DNA of 62,971 nucleotides, filler included, from Reticulomyxa filosa (GCA_000512085.1; 24 parts of 24 records of this genome joined end to end with filler, not necessarily neighbours in it), one strand, 5' to 3'; positions 24,599 to 38,369 are shown, counted from the whole stretch's first letter. Notes: generated by a model from the sequence alone, not told the origin. Numbers and translations: made by a program.

Positions 24599-25279
24599 TA
24601 TTGTTTCCATCACAATGGAATTCTGGTTCAAACGAAGTGTTGTCATTGTCTGATCTTGCAACTATCTCATTAGTGTCACATACATGTGACTCCATCTTTC
24701 GTTCCCCTGAACCATGCATTTTTTGACTGAAAAGCATATTTGTCAGCATCTGCAACTGTTCCATCATCGCATCCATTTGCCTCTGCATTGCGTTGTCTAC
24801 CGCTTGCTGATTTCCATCTTTATTGGATTCCGGTTTTGCAACAGTCTCCGAATCGACATTCGAAAACACATTTTGTTTTCCGTTTTTGCTTGCATTGACA
24901 TCGTTGTCATCTTTTAAAAACTCCTGAGTTATCTCATGAATTTCGATATCTTTTTCTTTTTCCTGGTGCTGGCTTTTGTGGTTATTCGACATAGACTCAC
25001 TTTTATGCTTCATTTTTGCAAATTTTATTAATTTTTCTCTTGCATCCCTACTGATTCTTTGATCTTTCTCTTCGGAACATGAAACAGAGTTTTGTAGTGA
25101 GTGTGACTCCATCTTCGCAACTCGATCGCCTAAACAGTGGGTGCCAAATGTAGATAGATGCAAGAAAGAGAGCTCAGCTAAACTAAATGTATAAGAAAAT
25201 TGAGAATAAAGAGAATGAAATGTTTGATGAATTGAGTTATTACAACTCTGGAGTCAATTATGACTTATGTATCACTACA
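24599..25279 (-). mobile_element. 5' end of LTR retrotransposon, family A: LTR 25279-25149, PBS, gag-like ORF from 25112
   Basis: Minus strand TGTAGTGATACA...CTATCTACA is followed by tt-TGGCACCCA (PBS-like) and an open hydrophilic/coiled ORF to the contig end. The LTR matches 62392-62529. Confidence 0.72.
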
Positions 25280-25381
25280 GTGTTTATAAAAGAATGAATT
25301 ATAAAATTTGAGATTTATAATTGAAAATGAATTGAATTTAAATCAAAAAGAAGGTAAAAGGTGATTTTAAAAAAAAAAAAA

Positions 25382-25830
25382 TTAAAAAATTCTATGAATA
25401 ATGGGTATATCAGTAGGAGATACAAGTTCAATATCAATAGAAACATTTCTATGACCCCATTGATTCATAAAATGAAAAATCATTAAAGAATAAAATTGAT
25501 TAATATCTCCTTGTATTTTTTGATCAGCAAATTTATTATAAATCCAATTAAATACACTTTCAGAAGACATAGCTTGACAATTAGCAGTATTATCATTAAT
25601 TTCAAAACGAATCCAAGGAATTTGAGTAGTAGGATTAATCATTAAAATAGCATTTTTTAAGAAGCAATTTAAAATAGCACGAATAGGTAATTGAGGAGCA
25701 CGAGATAATTCAACTAAATTATAAACATTAGATGATTGTTTTTTGGAAGATTTTGGATTATATTTTGTTTGTTGTTGTTGTTGTTGTTGTTGTTGTCCTT
25801 GAGAAGATAATTCTTTAAATTTAGAAGTCT
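25382..25830 (-). CDS. Hypothetical protein exon, very AT-rich
   Basis: Open coding-like frame with poly-Q, bounded by AT-rich intron-like sequence. Confidence 0.35.
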
Positions 25831-27297
25831 TTGTTATATTATATTATATTTTGTATTAATAAATAAATATTATAAATGTTATATATGTATATATATATAT
25901 GTATATATAATAAACTTGTTGAGTTGTTCCTGANNNNNNNNNNNNNNNNNNNNNNNNNNNNNNNNNNNNNNNNNNNNTTAATTAATTAANNNNNNNNNNN
26001 NNNNNNNNNNNNNNNNNNNNNNNNNNNNNNNNNTGCAATACAGATGTGTTTTTTAAAAAGAGGAATGTAAAAAAAAAGAAGTTTTGGTACTCTTGTTCGA
26101 TATTAGAGATTTGATTGTAGTGTACTCAAACTTCACAATTTATTGAGATATTAAACAATCGCTTGAACAAAGAGTATTGAAATAAATATAAACAAAATTC
26201 CAAAAACAAGTCATTTTTGCTAATATTGATAAATTTCTTTTTTGGAGAAAGACCATGGCTTTGTAAAATTTATTGGAAATAATAATTCATTTATTTTTTT
26301 GAAGGGGTATCAAGAAAAAAAAACATAAATATCATCAACAGTCCTGAATTCTTCACACTCTGGACCCACAGAGACGAAATTGTGACAAGAAGAAAGTATA
26401 AACTAACTCCAATCTTTGACGACGTTGCCACACCTCTGACGAGACAATTTGTTAAGGTAGACCAACGACCAATCTACTAAAAATTGATTGAGATTGAAAA
26501 GCTTCTCACTATTCACAATCACTTGTGCAAAAATACGAGCAGATGTGTAGCAAAGCTCTAAACACATATCATTTTGTTTGTTCTATGCTATTCATAATGA
26601 TTTTGAAAATTTTTAGAAAAATTGCTGATCTTTATCGACAATACATCTACAAGATAATGAATGATACAAAAGGCATAACTGTATCATCAGCTTTTGTGTA
26701 TCCAGATTGTCCTCACTTGTTAGTTCTGATTCCACTTGCAACAACTTTGGTCTAGTTTCTGGTTACTTCAGAACAAATACCTACAGTATACGTACCAAAA
26801 CACCTTTAAGTGAGGAATTTAAAAAACCAAGTCATCCAATTCATATCACATAACAGTATGTATTTTTGTTCTTTTTGAAATAAACTCCAGCCTATCTCTG
26901 CACCCGGTGATATCATAGCATAAGATGTTAGTTAGAGTGCACAAAGTTTCACCCAAGACGTTGTCAGATGCACTTTAAACAAAGCCTAATAGATATGCCG
27001 CAAAAAAATAACTACTTGCGTTATGTTTGATTTCTCATCAAAAAAATTATCTCATTATTTTGTGATTCAATTTTGTTGTGTGTTTTTATTTATCAAAATG
27101 TGAAAAAAATGGATTGAATCTATCATCATTCTTTTCTCACTTTTTGCTTATTCTTGTGATGATGGTATTGCAATTAGTTGTGAGAAAATAAGAAATTNNN
27201 NNNNNNNNNNNNNNNNNNNNNNNNNNNNNNNNNNNNNNNNNTTAATTAATTAANNNNNNNNNNNNNNNNNNNNNNNNNNNNNNNNNNNNNNNNNNNN

Positions 27298-27334
27298 ATC
27301 GTTTTAGGCGTTCAGTTTTCTTTGCAACATACTG
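27298..27334 (-). mobile_element. Tc1-type TIR terminus at contig edge
   Basis: Reverse complement TA|CAGTATGTTGCAAAGAAAACTGAACGCCTAAAACGAT, near-identical to 62934-62971 and 33497 onward. Confidence 0.8.
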
Positions 27335-27453
27335 TACATATCATAGCAGAAAAAAGGAGAAATCAAGGCCAAAAACAAAGCAACAAACGATCAAAGACCA
27401 AAAGAATGAAATTTACATGGAAAAAAAAATCAAAAAAAACAAACAAGGCAAAA

Positions 27454-28483
27454 CTAGCATCGCGTCAAAATTGGAAAATATAAAAATGATTCACGCTTAA
27501 GACGTGTTTTCTTGTTATTTTTCATGGAGAAAATCGATTCTCTTTGTATAGTGCCATTTAGGTATGGCAGTTTTTTTTGCAAGATACTGTATTGTAATAT
27601 TTGCAATATTTGTATTATTACTGTTTGTTTTCGTTGTTTGGGGGGGTGGCTGTTCAGTTTCAGTTTCTTGCACTGGCTCTGTTTTTGCATTGTTGACAGC
27701 ATCTTGTGAACAATTTGCATCGTAGTGGGAAGAGGAGGGACATCCCTACTAGATCCAAAGAATTGGACAAGTCTCTTTTTGATATTGGATCGGGGAGGCT
27801 TTGGATTTAGAACAGGGACAGGAGCAGAGGCAGGGACAGCAGCATCTTGATCACTTTCATGTTCAAAGTCTTGATTGAAGATCTGTTTCACCGGGGTTTG
27901 CAAAGGAACAGGTGGAGGATTATACACAGAAACCGGAGGCCGAGCGACAATTCCGCTAGCACTTTTATGCCTGCCGACCAAATTGGAGTCAGCACGTTGA
28001 TGCAGACTAAGCGTTTGGAAATTGGAGTTGGATCGCGAAAAATAGATTGAGTACTAAAAATAAGAGAAGAAGATTTCGATGCTGGAGCATTGCTTTCTTT
28101 ATGATGAGCATTCGCAACTTCCATGATATCTCTGCCCAAAGAGGAAATAGTTTGGAGTGCAATGACGAAACGGTCATTGCAATTATTCGGGAGAGTATAT
28201 GCAGCGACGTCAGTGCAAAGAGGGAAAAGTTTGCAAATGCGAAAGGCGACGACGCGATTATTTTTGATTTTGTGTTCGTGAAGGAGGGTAAAGGGAGAGA
28301 ATGCTCTTTGACGTTGGATGGAAGGAATGTCTTGAAAAAAGTTTGAAACCAAAAGCTATATCCGACGGCAATGACAACGTGAGGAGTGGTGTTTGCAAAC
28401 AAAAAAGACACAAAGTCATGCATTCTTTGCTGCGGAGTTTTATTGTTCGTACTGGATGGATCCACTTCGCAATATGTCATATC
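27454..28483 (-). pseudogene. Frameshifted histidine-phosphatase-like C-terminal region with Pro-rich tail
   Basis: QQRMHDFVSFL..VVIAVGYSFWFQTFF resembles the V-G-H-S strand of PGM-family phosphatases (H replaced by Y); three overlapping ORFs. Confidence 0.4.
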
Positions 28484-28679
28484 NNNNNNNNNNNNNNNNN
28501 NNNNNNNNNNNNNNNNNNNNNNNNNNNTTAATTAATTAANNNNNNNNNNNNNNNNNNNNNNNNNNNNNNNNNNNNNNNNNNNNGGTTTTTATGGATCATT
28601 ATATTTTCTCTTTTGTTTGTCTTTTTGCTTCATGCCCGCTCTTTTTTTTTGCTCACTTTTTTAAGTAAAAAAAAAAAAG

Positions 28680-30225
28680 GGTTTTTAACCGCTCTTGCTG
28701 GAGGCTTGTATCCGGCAATACAACTAGCCAATTCGCGATGCTTTGGATTGGAGCTACTTGGGTTTGGCTTATCCAATGCCGAAAGGGCCAGCTTTTTGAA
28801 ACTCAAAATTACATGGAACGTATTAGGTAAGTAATGTTTTTTATTTTTTTGCATGATATTTACGTATACTTACATATACATGTATATGTAAATATGTATA
28901 ATTATACGTTTATGGTGCAAACACACAGGTGAAAACGTCCCACAAGTTATATTTCAAATTTTTTTTTTGGTATTTAGTGGTCAAGTAGATAGTGTGGTGA
29001 CGTGGTTAGCAATGGGTACTAGTGTGCTATCTATTCAAAGTGCATTGTTAACTCATCGATTAGCAGTTGCTGCGCAACTTGCCGGATGTTATGTTTTTGT
29101 TTTTTTTTAAATTTTTATTTTAATGCTTGACTTTGACTAGCAAAAAAAAATTTAAAAAATTAAATTTTTGTTGTCCCATTTGGATGCAGATCAAAGATAT
29201 GAGGTTATAATCCATCATGATGCACACAGCACCATTGATCGCAAGTACACAAAAGCGGTTGAGAAACCATGCGCGGGAGTGAAACATGTCACAACCACAG
29301 ATCGAAAAGAGATTGACAAACATTTGTATATGTGATGTCCATTCGAAAATCGTTGAATCTCTCTCTTCGTGATACCGAGGCGGTCAATGTGTTCATCTCG
29401 CCAGATAAGACCTCAATTACTGTCGACTATTTTGGTGGCGATAACTTTTTGGAATTAATGTCACAATATAATGCGCTCGGAAGCGTTTCGTTTTTGTTTG
29501 TTTGTTTGTTTGTTTTTTTTGCAATGATTTGGCAAGTGCAAAGATACAACAAATATAAACGCTTTTCGATAATAGAATTTGCAAGAATTGTTTGATTTAC
29601 ACAATTCATATTCGGTGTCGTTCAATGCAAGTGAAAAACGATGGGAAAATACAAAGAGAAGATTCATAATACAGATGCTGAACAAAAGAAGAATTCACAA
29701 ATACAAACGAAAAGGAGACGATGATAACTTTGTAGAAAAGGTGAAAGTGGACGGTAAGGTTTACAAGTTAATTGTCTTAAAAGAGGATGAGTTCGAAAAA
29801 GCGGCAGCAGAACTTGCACCTGATTTAAACGCCACAACTTTGAATGCACTCACTCATCAAGAAAGTTCGCCTAATGAAGGTATTCACAAAAAAAACAAAC
29901 AAACGTGAGATGATGTTTTAAACGATCTTTTCTTTGAAAATAATGAAATACATTAGGAGAACCAGAGAATGACGAGCCTGCCAAAAACGAACCAAAAGAA
30001 AGAGATGAACAGATTTTGGAAACAATTGAAGAGGAAATTCGTATTACTATGCAAACAAACAAGCAACAGAAGCGAGCTCCTAGTATTCATGTCAATGTGG
30101 TAGAATTGGAAGAAATTGAAAAAGATGACGAATCTTCATCATCAGCAGGTCTTCAAAAGACACGCAGTGGAGGCGAACTTGTTCGCAGTATTTCACCTGG
30201 AAGGACAATAGAAATCGCGTTATAA
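28680..30225 (+). CDS. Multi-exon hypothetical membrane protein, 5' partial
   Basis: Exon blocks with GT..AG introns; ENVPQVIFQI motif; stop at 30225. Confidence 0.5.
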
Positions 30226-30679
30226 ATTAAAATGACTTAGATTATATTTTGGTTGTATAGATAAAAAAACTCCATTAGATAGCACAACGGGAAGCTTAGG
30301 TTAAACTATTAAATCGTATGAAAATAAACTTTTTGTTTTTTGTAAAAGTTTGAGATTTGAGAAAAGCTGAAAAAAAATTTCAACAAACATTAGAATTAAA
30401 AAAACAGTTGACACATAAAATGCTCGATTACAACTTTCTAAAGTTGGATACTTTTAAGCTTCGCGATAAATTGACATTTTAAAGCAAAAGAAAATTTGGT
30501 TGATAAGCTCTACTATTCCTCATAAATCGCAAATTGTTGTTCCTCTAACTAAGCCCAACTTTCGTTGCAATGATTCTATTCAAGTGGCTCTATCTTCAAC
30601 AGAAATGATTCTCTTTAGAGACAAAAACCATCTGTTGAGTGAGTTGTGGGAGTATGCTGCCAATGAAATATTACACAAA

Positions 30680-30900
30680 TGTAATACGAAAGGTTAATTA
30701 GCTCTTTTGAGCAAGTATCAACGAAAAAGATTAAATAAAGAAAAGGAAAACAAATGTATGGAAATGAATACACCGAAACACCAGACTAAAACGAGAAAAG
30801 AAAACACTGGTGAGTGAAAAATGTTAGAAAAAGTTTAACCCACCGGGAGTTCATCAGCCCCTTTAACGACTCTATCTATATAGTAGGAGCTTCTCCTACA
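30680..30900 (-). mobile_element. LTR-like repeat, family B
   Basis: TGTAATACGAAA...CTCCTACA; homologous to 21098-21292. Confidence 0.55.
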
Positions 30901-30929
30901 GAGTCTATCATCAAAACCTTTTATGTACA

Positions 30930-31860
30930 GTTATACGAATAATTACTGTTCGTATCATGTGACAGTAAAATACAGGATATTGTGTGATAAAGACAGCAAT
31001 GACCATTTTGTTGTTTTTTAGTGGCTTACCTAAGCATAGAACGGTAAGTGTTTGGAGTAATGATAATAGTGACAATGTAATGAATAAATCAAGCAATTGC
31101 AATCAATGGTTCCCTTTTACAGACAATCATAACCATCCGATTCACATTATGAAATACTGTTATTTAAAGTGAACACAGGGCTGTCGATTGAATATGCTGA
31201 AAAGACAACATTTCTTAATTCATTTGATCCATATTTTACACTTCTAATCCAACGTGTATGTCCATTAAATAAAATCAATTGTTTATTTGTTTCAATATCC
31301 CATGTTCGAATAGTATTACCAAATGATTCAGAACAAATATTATATCAATTACCCAATTAAACCAATATTATTATTATTTTGTAATTGTGAAATATACAAT
31401 AAACAGTATCTGTATGTCCTTTAAAAATATTTAAAGATTTAGATAATACCATAAACGAATTGTTTTATCATATGATCCAGAACATAAATATTTACAATAA
31501 TTAAATTGTGAAAATTCAATACCAGTATGTTCTTTAAATATTTTTAATTGTCCATTATTTTTAATATCCAAAACTGAATAGTTTTATCAAATGATGAAGA
31601 ATAAATAATATTACGATAATTATTATAATGATGATATTGTAAAAATTTTACACAATGCATAACTTGAATGTCCATTAAGAATAAAGAAATTTTTTATCAT
31701 ATTAAAATAATATATAATGGATATGAATAAAATATTTTAAAAAAAACATATTTAACAACGGGTTTATCAAAATCATAAATCCATACTAATTTCATTTTTA
31801 ATATTCAAATCCAATATTGAATAATTAATTGAATTTTTTTTTCTCTAATGGTTTCATCAT
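30930..31860 (-). pseudogene. WD40-repeat pseudogene
   Basis: Minus-strand remnants IIQYWI..WIYDFDK, SSSFDKTIQFW, CSGSYDKTIRLW and GHTDTVYC, with stops and frameshifts. Confidence 0.8.
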
Positions 31861-32031
31861 ACATAAGAAATACTTTTAAAGCTAACTTTTTGAAAGAATA
31901 AAAAAAAACTTACCAATTTTGGTAGAATAAAAGTTTGTATGTTATTGGTGGTCATTCTTTCAACTTTTTTTCTCCTTAGATGCAAAATAAAGTATTTTGA
32001 AAACACTTTTATACTTTTGTTTGTAAACGTA

Positions 32032-33089
32032 CAGTAGAATGCAAAATTAAGTTGAAACCTAAAACGGTGCATTATAGAGCTGATTGATTTTCTTCACGAA
32101 AAAACAACATTTAGACATAATTTTTAAAAATATCTACAAATAGTGTAGTTTTTAAACATAATTTTGGTTTTTTATTAAATATTTATTAATTGTTTAAAAA
32201 ATTTGAATATTTTATTGATTTTTGAGAACTTTTTTTTAAGTTGATCAATACGTGACATTTTTAAAAATTATCATATACGTTGAGTAGTTTTTTGAGAAAC
32301 GCAATTTTTTGTTATCAAAAAAATTTTTTTTGCTTTGTCTAAACTCATCATTGGTTTTTGCCTTTTTTTATACAATGACAAGCAAGTCAAATTAGATCAA
32401 CAGAAGAACATTGTAAACAATTTGAATTAGAATTGGAAAAAATTGACAAAGAAACATGCACAAATTTAATAAAATCAATGTCAGAGCGAACACAATAATG
32501 TAAAAGATGATTGACACAAATGTTAATTTTCAAAAAAAATCTTACTACAAAAAAAATTTTCAGTTCTTATGCTTTTGAATTAAATGGCCAATTTTATTTT
32601 ATTTTTGTTTTAAATGTACACAACATATTTTTGATTTTGTTCAGGTCTGTAGAATTTTGATGGAAATTTAATACTTTGTTTAAAATATTCTTTTACTGTA
32701 ATTGCTTTGTGGCTAGTTGCATTATCTTGATAGAATATTCAATCTTCATTATATTATAAACAGCAATCAATGCTTTTGAGCATTTTATATACTAGAATTT
32801 TTTTGAAATATCTACATTGACATATCAATCAACAATGATTTAATATATCAAATTCTAAACTACTTTTAAAAAAAAAAATTAAAAAATGCAAATATCAAAC
32901 TATACTTAGCTAAAAAAAAAAGGACAAAATATTGAAATAATTAGTAAAGATAATAAAAAATCAAAATGATATTTAAAAACTACAAGATTCATAGATATTT
33001 AAAAATTAGTATATATGCTGTTTTTTCATGAATAAAATCAATTATATAATGTGTAATTTTTGTTGTCAACTTTATTTTGCATTCTACCG
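32032..33089 (+). mobile_element. Internally deleted Tc1-like element with both TIRs and TA flanks
   Basis: TA|CAGTAGAATGCAAAAT ... ATTTTGCATTCTACCG|TA; diverged inverted arms of about 150 bp; C-terminal transposase remnant EKIDKETCTNLIKSMSER at about 32435-32490. Confidence 0.8.
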
Positions 33090-33496
33090 TACTTATTTGA
33101 GAATGCGAATTATGCAGTAGCAATCACTTATATAAAAAAAAAATGCTTAATGCATTTGATAACAATTTTGTCAAGATCATTGACATATTATAATTTTATC
33201 TTTAAAGTTCGAATCTAATATTTAATAACATATTTTATAATTACAACTTTGAAAGATCACATATACGAACTTTAGTCTTCATTATTGTCATTTCATCTTT
33301 TTTTCATCAGGTGATGTGTATAAAATTGTATTTTTCACGCAATATTGCAACACAATGAACTTGGTAAAGTGTTTTCAAATGTCAATTTGTTTTCTTGAAT
33401 TGAACACTTGTGCAACTATTTTAAAATAACATCATAATAAAAATTACTTCTGCCAAAGAACAAGATGATATCATTGATTCAAACATATGTATAATA

Positions 33497-33731
33497 CAGT
33501 AGGTTGCAAAGAAAACTGAACGCATAAAACGTATCTTATGATGATAATTGATTTTCTCAATAAAAATCAACATTTAGACCTAATTTTTTTTTTAAAAAAT
33601 ATCTACAAATCTTGTAGTTTTTAAATATGATATTGGTTTTTTAATAACTTTTTTTTTTGTTGGATGAAATCAACATTATTTCAAATGATTTTTGAAAATT
33701 TTGCGAGAATGCGTATCATTTGCACTTTTAT
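33497..33731 (+). mobile_element. Tc1-type TIR/MITE arm at contig edge
   Basis: TA|CAGTAGGTTGCAAAGAAAACTGAACGC; the internal block aaaatatctacaaatcttgtagtttttaaa is shared with 32032 and 51606. Confidence 0.8.
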
Positions 33732-35322
33732 NNNNNNNNNNNNNNNNNNNNNNNNNNNNNNNNNNNNNNNNNNNNTTAATTAATTAANNNNNNNNNNNNN
33801 NNNNNNNNNNNNNNNNNNNNNNNNNNNNNNNATTCTATGTTTAGAGTTGGTGCCAAGAAAAAAAAACAATAACATTAGATATTAAGTGCTCCAAAAGAAT
33901 CACGCTTAAGCGTCAACTGTGCGAAATATAAATTGATTCTTACCACTATTCCTGCAAAAAAGACCTTGAGCAGTATCCTCTTGCCGTCATGTGGGAGTAG
34001 ACGGCAAGAAGAATACATACAACAGAAAGGAACAAAAAGACAATAAAGAAAAAGAAAAGGAAGAAGAAGTAGAGTCTGAAACCAATGAGAACATAAATGG
34101 TAGTAATGTTGTGATTGGAAGTTGGAAAGATGTGCAAGTTCTTTGGCTATAAAAATGAACAAAGGACCCTGGAATTCTAAAAAAGAAGAAGAAAAGGAGG
34201 GGAAGAAGGTGACTGCAAGCAATAACAAGAATGATTATTAAATAAGAAGGAATGTATGCGATAAAAAGATATTTTAAACAAGATGCAGAATATTCTATTT
34301 TAAGCTCTTATGATTGAAAAATAAGGAACAAAGAGCCAAAGGTATAATGGAAGTAGTAATGACATCAATCTGTATCGTGATCGGGTCACATTCAAATATA
34401 GGATCAAATTATATTTCAATTACAGTAGTTTGAAGAAAAATAGCACAATAGCAATAATTTTTTATTTTTTTAGATAAATATTTCGTAGTTGATGCTATCT
34501 AAAAAAAGATAACAATTGAAACCAGACACCATTTGAACTTAACCATAGTTTTGTTTGACCCAACTAATTGCAATTGTTGCAAAGAGAGAGTAAAACATTG
34601 CAGGCATTGGACAGTGAAAATTCATTTGCCTTTTGGTGGTTGGATGCCCAAATTCTAACAAATGGAGTGTTGTGCATGAAAATAATTTCTGTTCCAATTA
34701 TATTCATATGAATGTTTGGAAACTTCTTTTCTGACAATAAAATCCTAATTCCAAGTACTTGGATCGCAAGCGTATTTGTGTTACAATTAATCTAAGAGAG
34801 CGCATGTTTCCCTCCATGTTGTGACAATTGATGAAGCAGTTCATCAAATTTTTTAAAATTTCCTTCAAAGGCTTCACTGCGATGATGACCGACATATTTC
34901 ACAATATCGATTTTAAAATTTTCCAGTCTTAAAAAACTGAGCAAAGAGGATGATAAGATCAAAGCATCCCAACTCCACAGTTGTGTTAAGTGGTGCATGA
35001 AGGTCCAACCAATTTTCTACAATAATCCAATTTTTCGTTAAACCGATTTCTTTTCTTCTTGGTGCCACGTGATATATTTTTTCCCTCCTTTTGCAATACA
35101 TGATCGATATTAACAGATTTTAGTGTTGTGTATGATCGCAATGAAGAAATGTATAAAAAAAAAATATATTATGCACAACATTTCCAAAAGTATATTTATC
35201 AATACATTGTCTTGATACTTGTNNNNNNNNNNNNNNNNNNNNNNNNNNNNNNNNNNNNNNNNNNNNTTAATTAATTAANNNNNNNNNNNNNNNNNNNNNN
35301 NNNNNNNNNNNNNNNNNNNNNN

Positions 35323-37010
35323 ACACCGCCATGTTGATATCACCGTCTTCTTTTCCTTTTTTCTTGGCGAGCTTGCTTTCGTATTCAAGGGCGGCGGCAC
35401 CAAGGTCGAGATTATTTGGGATTGATCTGGGAGAATCTTGTGCCAATGCTCCATTGCTACAATATAATGGATGTCTTCCAATTATGGAGTTCACACGATC
35501 TCGTCGCTCTTGTGATGAGATATACATTTTGGCATTGGAATAATGTTCGTTATTGAAGATGTTCGCATCATTGCCATGCACCCATTCGACAATGTTTGGA
35601 TTGGTGGTTCAATGAGAGAGAGAGCAATATTGTTCTTTTCTTTTTTACTATTGGACGTATTCTTTGTTGATATTCTTTATGCATTTCTTGTGTACCATGG
35701 TTGAACGGGATTTTTTAGTACGCCAAAAATCCAAACTGCCGATTCACATCCAATTCAAACGAATACAAATTGGCAACTTCATTGTTCTCCAAGTGCCGGT
35801 ACAACGTTGCGAATATGCGTACGCACACGACGAGTTTTGATTATTGTCCTGCACTCACATTATTTCCATAACGACGATTTTCACTTGTTGGCACCTATAG
35901 ACCGCAGTTCGACTTCTTCTTTGGTGATGTTCTGCGCCAAATGTTATCCGCATAGACTTGTGTGCGCCTACGTTGATGGCAAACAAGTCCTTACCAATGT
36001 TTCGCGTTGGCATTGACAGACATTGTCGAATTTGTTAAGTCTTTTCCATTGGTGCGCGATACGAGAAGGCAGTCCACGCCCGCGAGTGGCGAATTTGCGC
36101 GTTTCCAGGCATTAACCGAAATTTCATCCCCAAACTCAGCAAAGCCGATCGACGTGTTTTTTTCTTTTAAAAACAAGTCCAACGCGATATGGTTGGAAAC
36201 CATTTCTTTCATCGACCTCCTATGTCTCTTCTTGCCTGGCAGTGTCTTGGCGTGAGTTTTGCAAACTCCTCAATCGACTTGAACCAATCTCATATCGAAC
36301 GGTTCTTCCGACGTAGTTGTTTGTTTGATCCCAATGTGGATTTTTTTCTAACAACTTCCTCGTCCTTTTATTCACTCGACTTCCACTTCCTCGTACGTCC
36401 AGTGCTGCCACTATTATGATATCATAATACTGATATCATTTTCACTTGCGCGATGTCATAATCTTTTTTTTCTTTTTGGCGCGCTCTCTTCATATTCTGA
36501 TGGCACCAAGATGAATGTTGTTCGCATTGATATAGTAGAGTCTCGCCAAACTGTTCCAACTCAATATCGCGAATGTCACCAGCTACGAAGTCTGTCTGCT
36601 ATAGCCACTTGTGACCCTTTCGAATAAATGCGAGTATTTTCAATACATCCAACGTTTGCACTTGCTACATTTTCCCAACAATTGAAGAAACGCATATCGC
36701 CAATCCAAACTATTGAGTCGCACCTAACAAGTTTCAATTTGCACAAAATGACAATACAAAGTTGCGCATACGCGCACGAACACGATCAATTGATAAGCGA
36801 CCAGTCTCCTAAGTAATTGTTCAGCGTCAATAACGTCGGCGCCAATTTCCACTCCAATTTAGCTTGCTTCACTTGTTCGTCCGCACCATCTTGATATTTT
36901 CCATTCCGCATAGACTTGCTCGCCATTAACGTAGGCACTCACAAGCCTTTCAAAACCATTCGTTGCAGCTGCTGCTGTTGTTGTTGTCGCTGCTGTTCTT
37001 CTTCTTCTTC
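35323..37010 (-). pseudogene. Coding-like region without a long ORF, with diverged internal duplication
   Basis: GC above background; protein-like patches in several minus frames; duplicated blocks about 955 bp apart. Strand is uncertain. Confidence 0.4.
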
Positions 37011-37754
37011 TCACACTTCTTCTCATTCTTTTTCTTTTTTTATTTTTTCTTTTCTTTTTTTTTCTCTTTTTTTCAAATTGTCATCTTTTTATTATTTTTT
37101 TTAATTTTCATTTTCCAATCTTTTTTTTTATTCTCATTTTTTTTCCATTCTTAAATAAAACTTTTTTTTTCATTCTTAAATAAAACTTTTTTTTTCCCAC
37201 TTTTTTTTCTAATTTTTTTCCAATTTCTTTTTTTTCCCATTCTTTTCCCCTCATTCTTTTCCCCCACATTCTTTTCCCATCACTATCGAATACAAATAAA
37301 AAATAAAAAACAAAAAAAACTTCACAATCTTTTGTTATTGTTCCTATAACATACACAAATTAAAATAATTTTTCATTTTTAAAGAAAAAACAAAACATAC
37401 TTTGATCGTTGGGCTTGAAGCTCCACTTCCAATCTATCTATTTTTTTTTTCTTGTCACGGGGGTGGGATGCAACACATTTTTTTTTGTGGGGGCATGCCT
37501 ATTCAAACAACAAACAAACATTTGATAAAAAAATAAAATAAAAAATAAAAATAAACCTTTTTATTTTTTTTTCCGATGCAGGGGTGGCTTCAACCCCAAG
37601 TTTTTCTTTAGAGTGTGTACGTTTTTTTTTATTGTTTTTTTTGATGGACGGGTTNNNNNNNNNNNNNNNNNNNNNNNNNNNNNNNNNNNNNNNNNNNNTT
37701 AATTAATTAANNNNNNNNNNNNNNNNNNNNNNNNNNNNNNNNNNNNNNNNNNNN

Positions 37755-38337
37755 GGAATTCAAACCCTTTCGGTTCCAACATTATCAACTCGTACTTATC
37801 CTTCTCACTCCATTGTCTATGATCCTCTCGACTTATCACCTTCATCCGTTCTTGGTGACGTCGCTGCATCTCATCGTTGCTTGGCTGACTCATACTTTTT
37901 GTCAGCTCATTGGTCGCTCTCCTTCCCAATGGCAGCGATGAAGATGGCTGAGATAATGATGACGATGATGATGACGATGATTGCCCTGTTGGCACTGTTA
38001 TGTTCTTTGGCGGGGCGATGTGCAAATCACGCAAGATTTGCCATGACACCTTTAGCACGCGTTGCGAGAGTGCGTGGTAGATACTTGAATTATTGAAACT
38101 GTACGCCAATGTGTTCATATTCAATTCGTGCACATGCTGGCAGTTGTACCACGCGCTCGGACTCAATTCGATCGAATTCTCCGGAATTATCACTGACGAA
38201 GCTGTTGAGAGCTCACTTCGGTTCGATGCCATGTGACTCTTCTTTCCTTTCAACTGCTGTGTCGTTGCTGTACTTCCAGAGTCATTTTGTGCTGAGGGAC
38301 GTATTAACGAAGAGTGCTGTTCAATTTGTTATTGCCA

Positions 38338-38369
<32 letters not shown>

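Noticed and set aside
35800-37000. Stop-codon reassignment to explain the ORF-less coding-like region
   Set aside because: Candidate frames contain mixed TAA, TAG and TGA, and other genes here use all three as normal stops.
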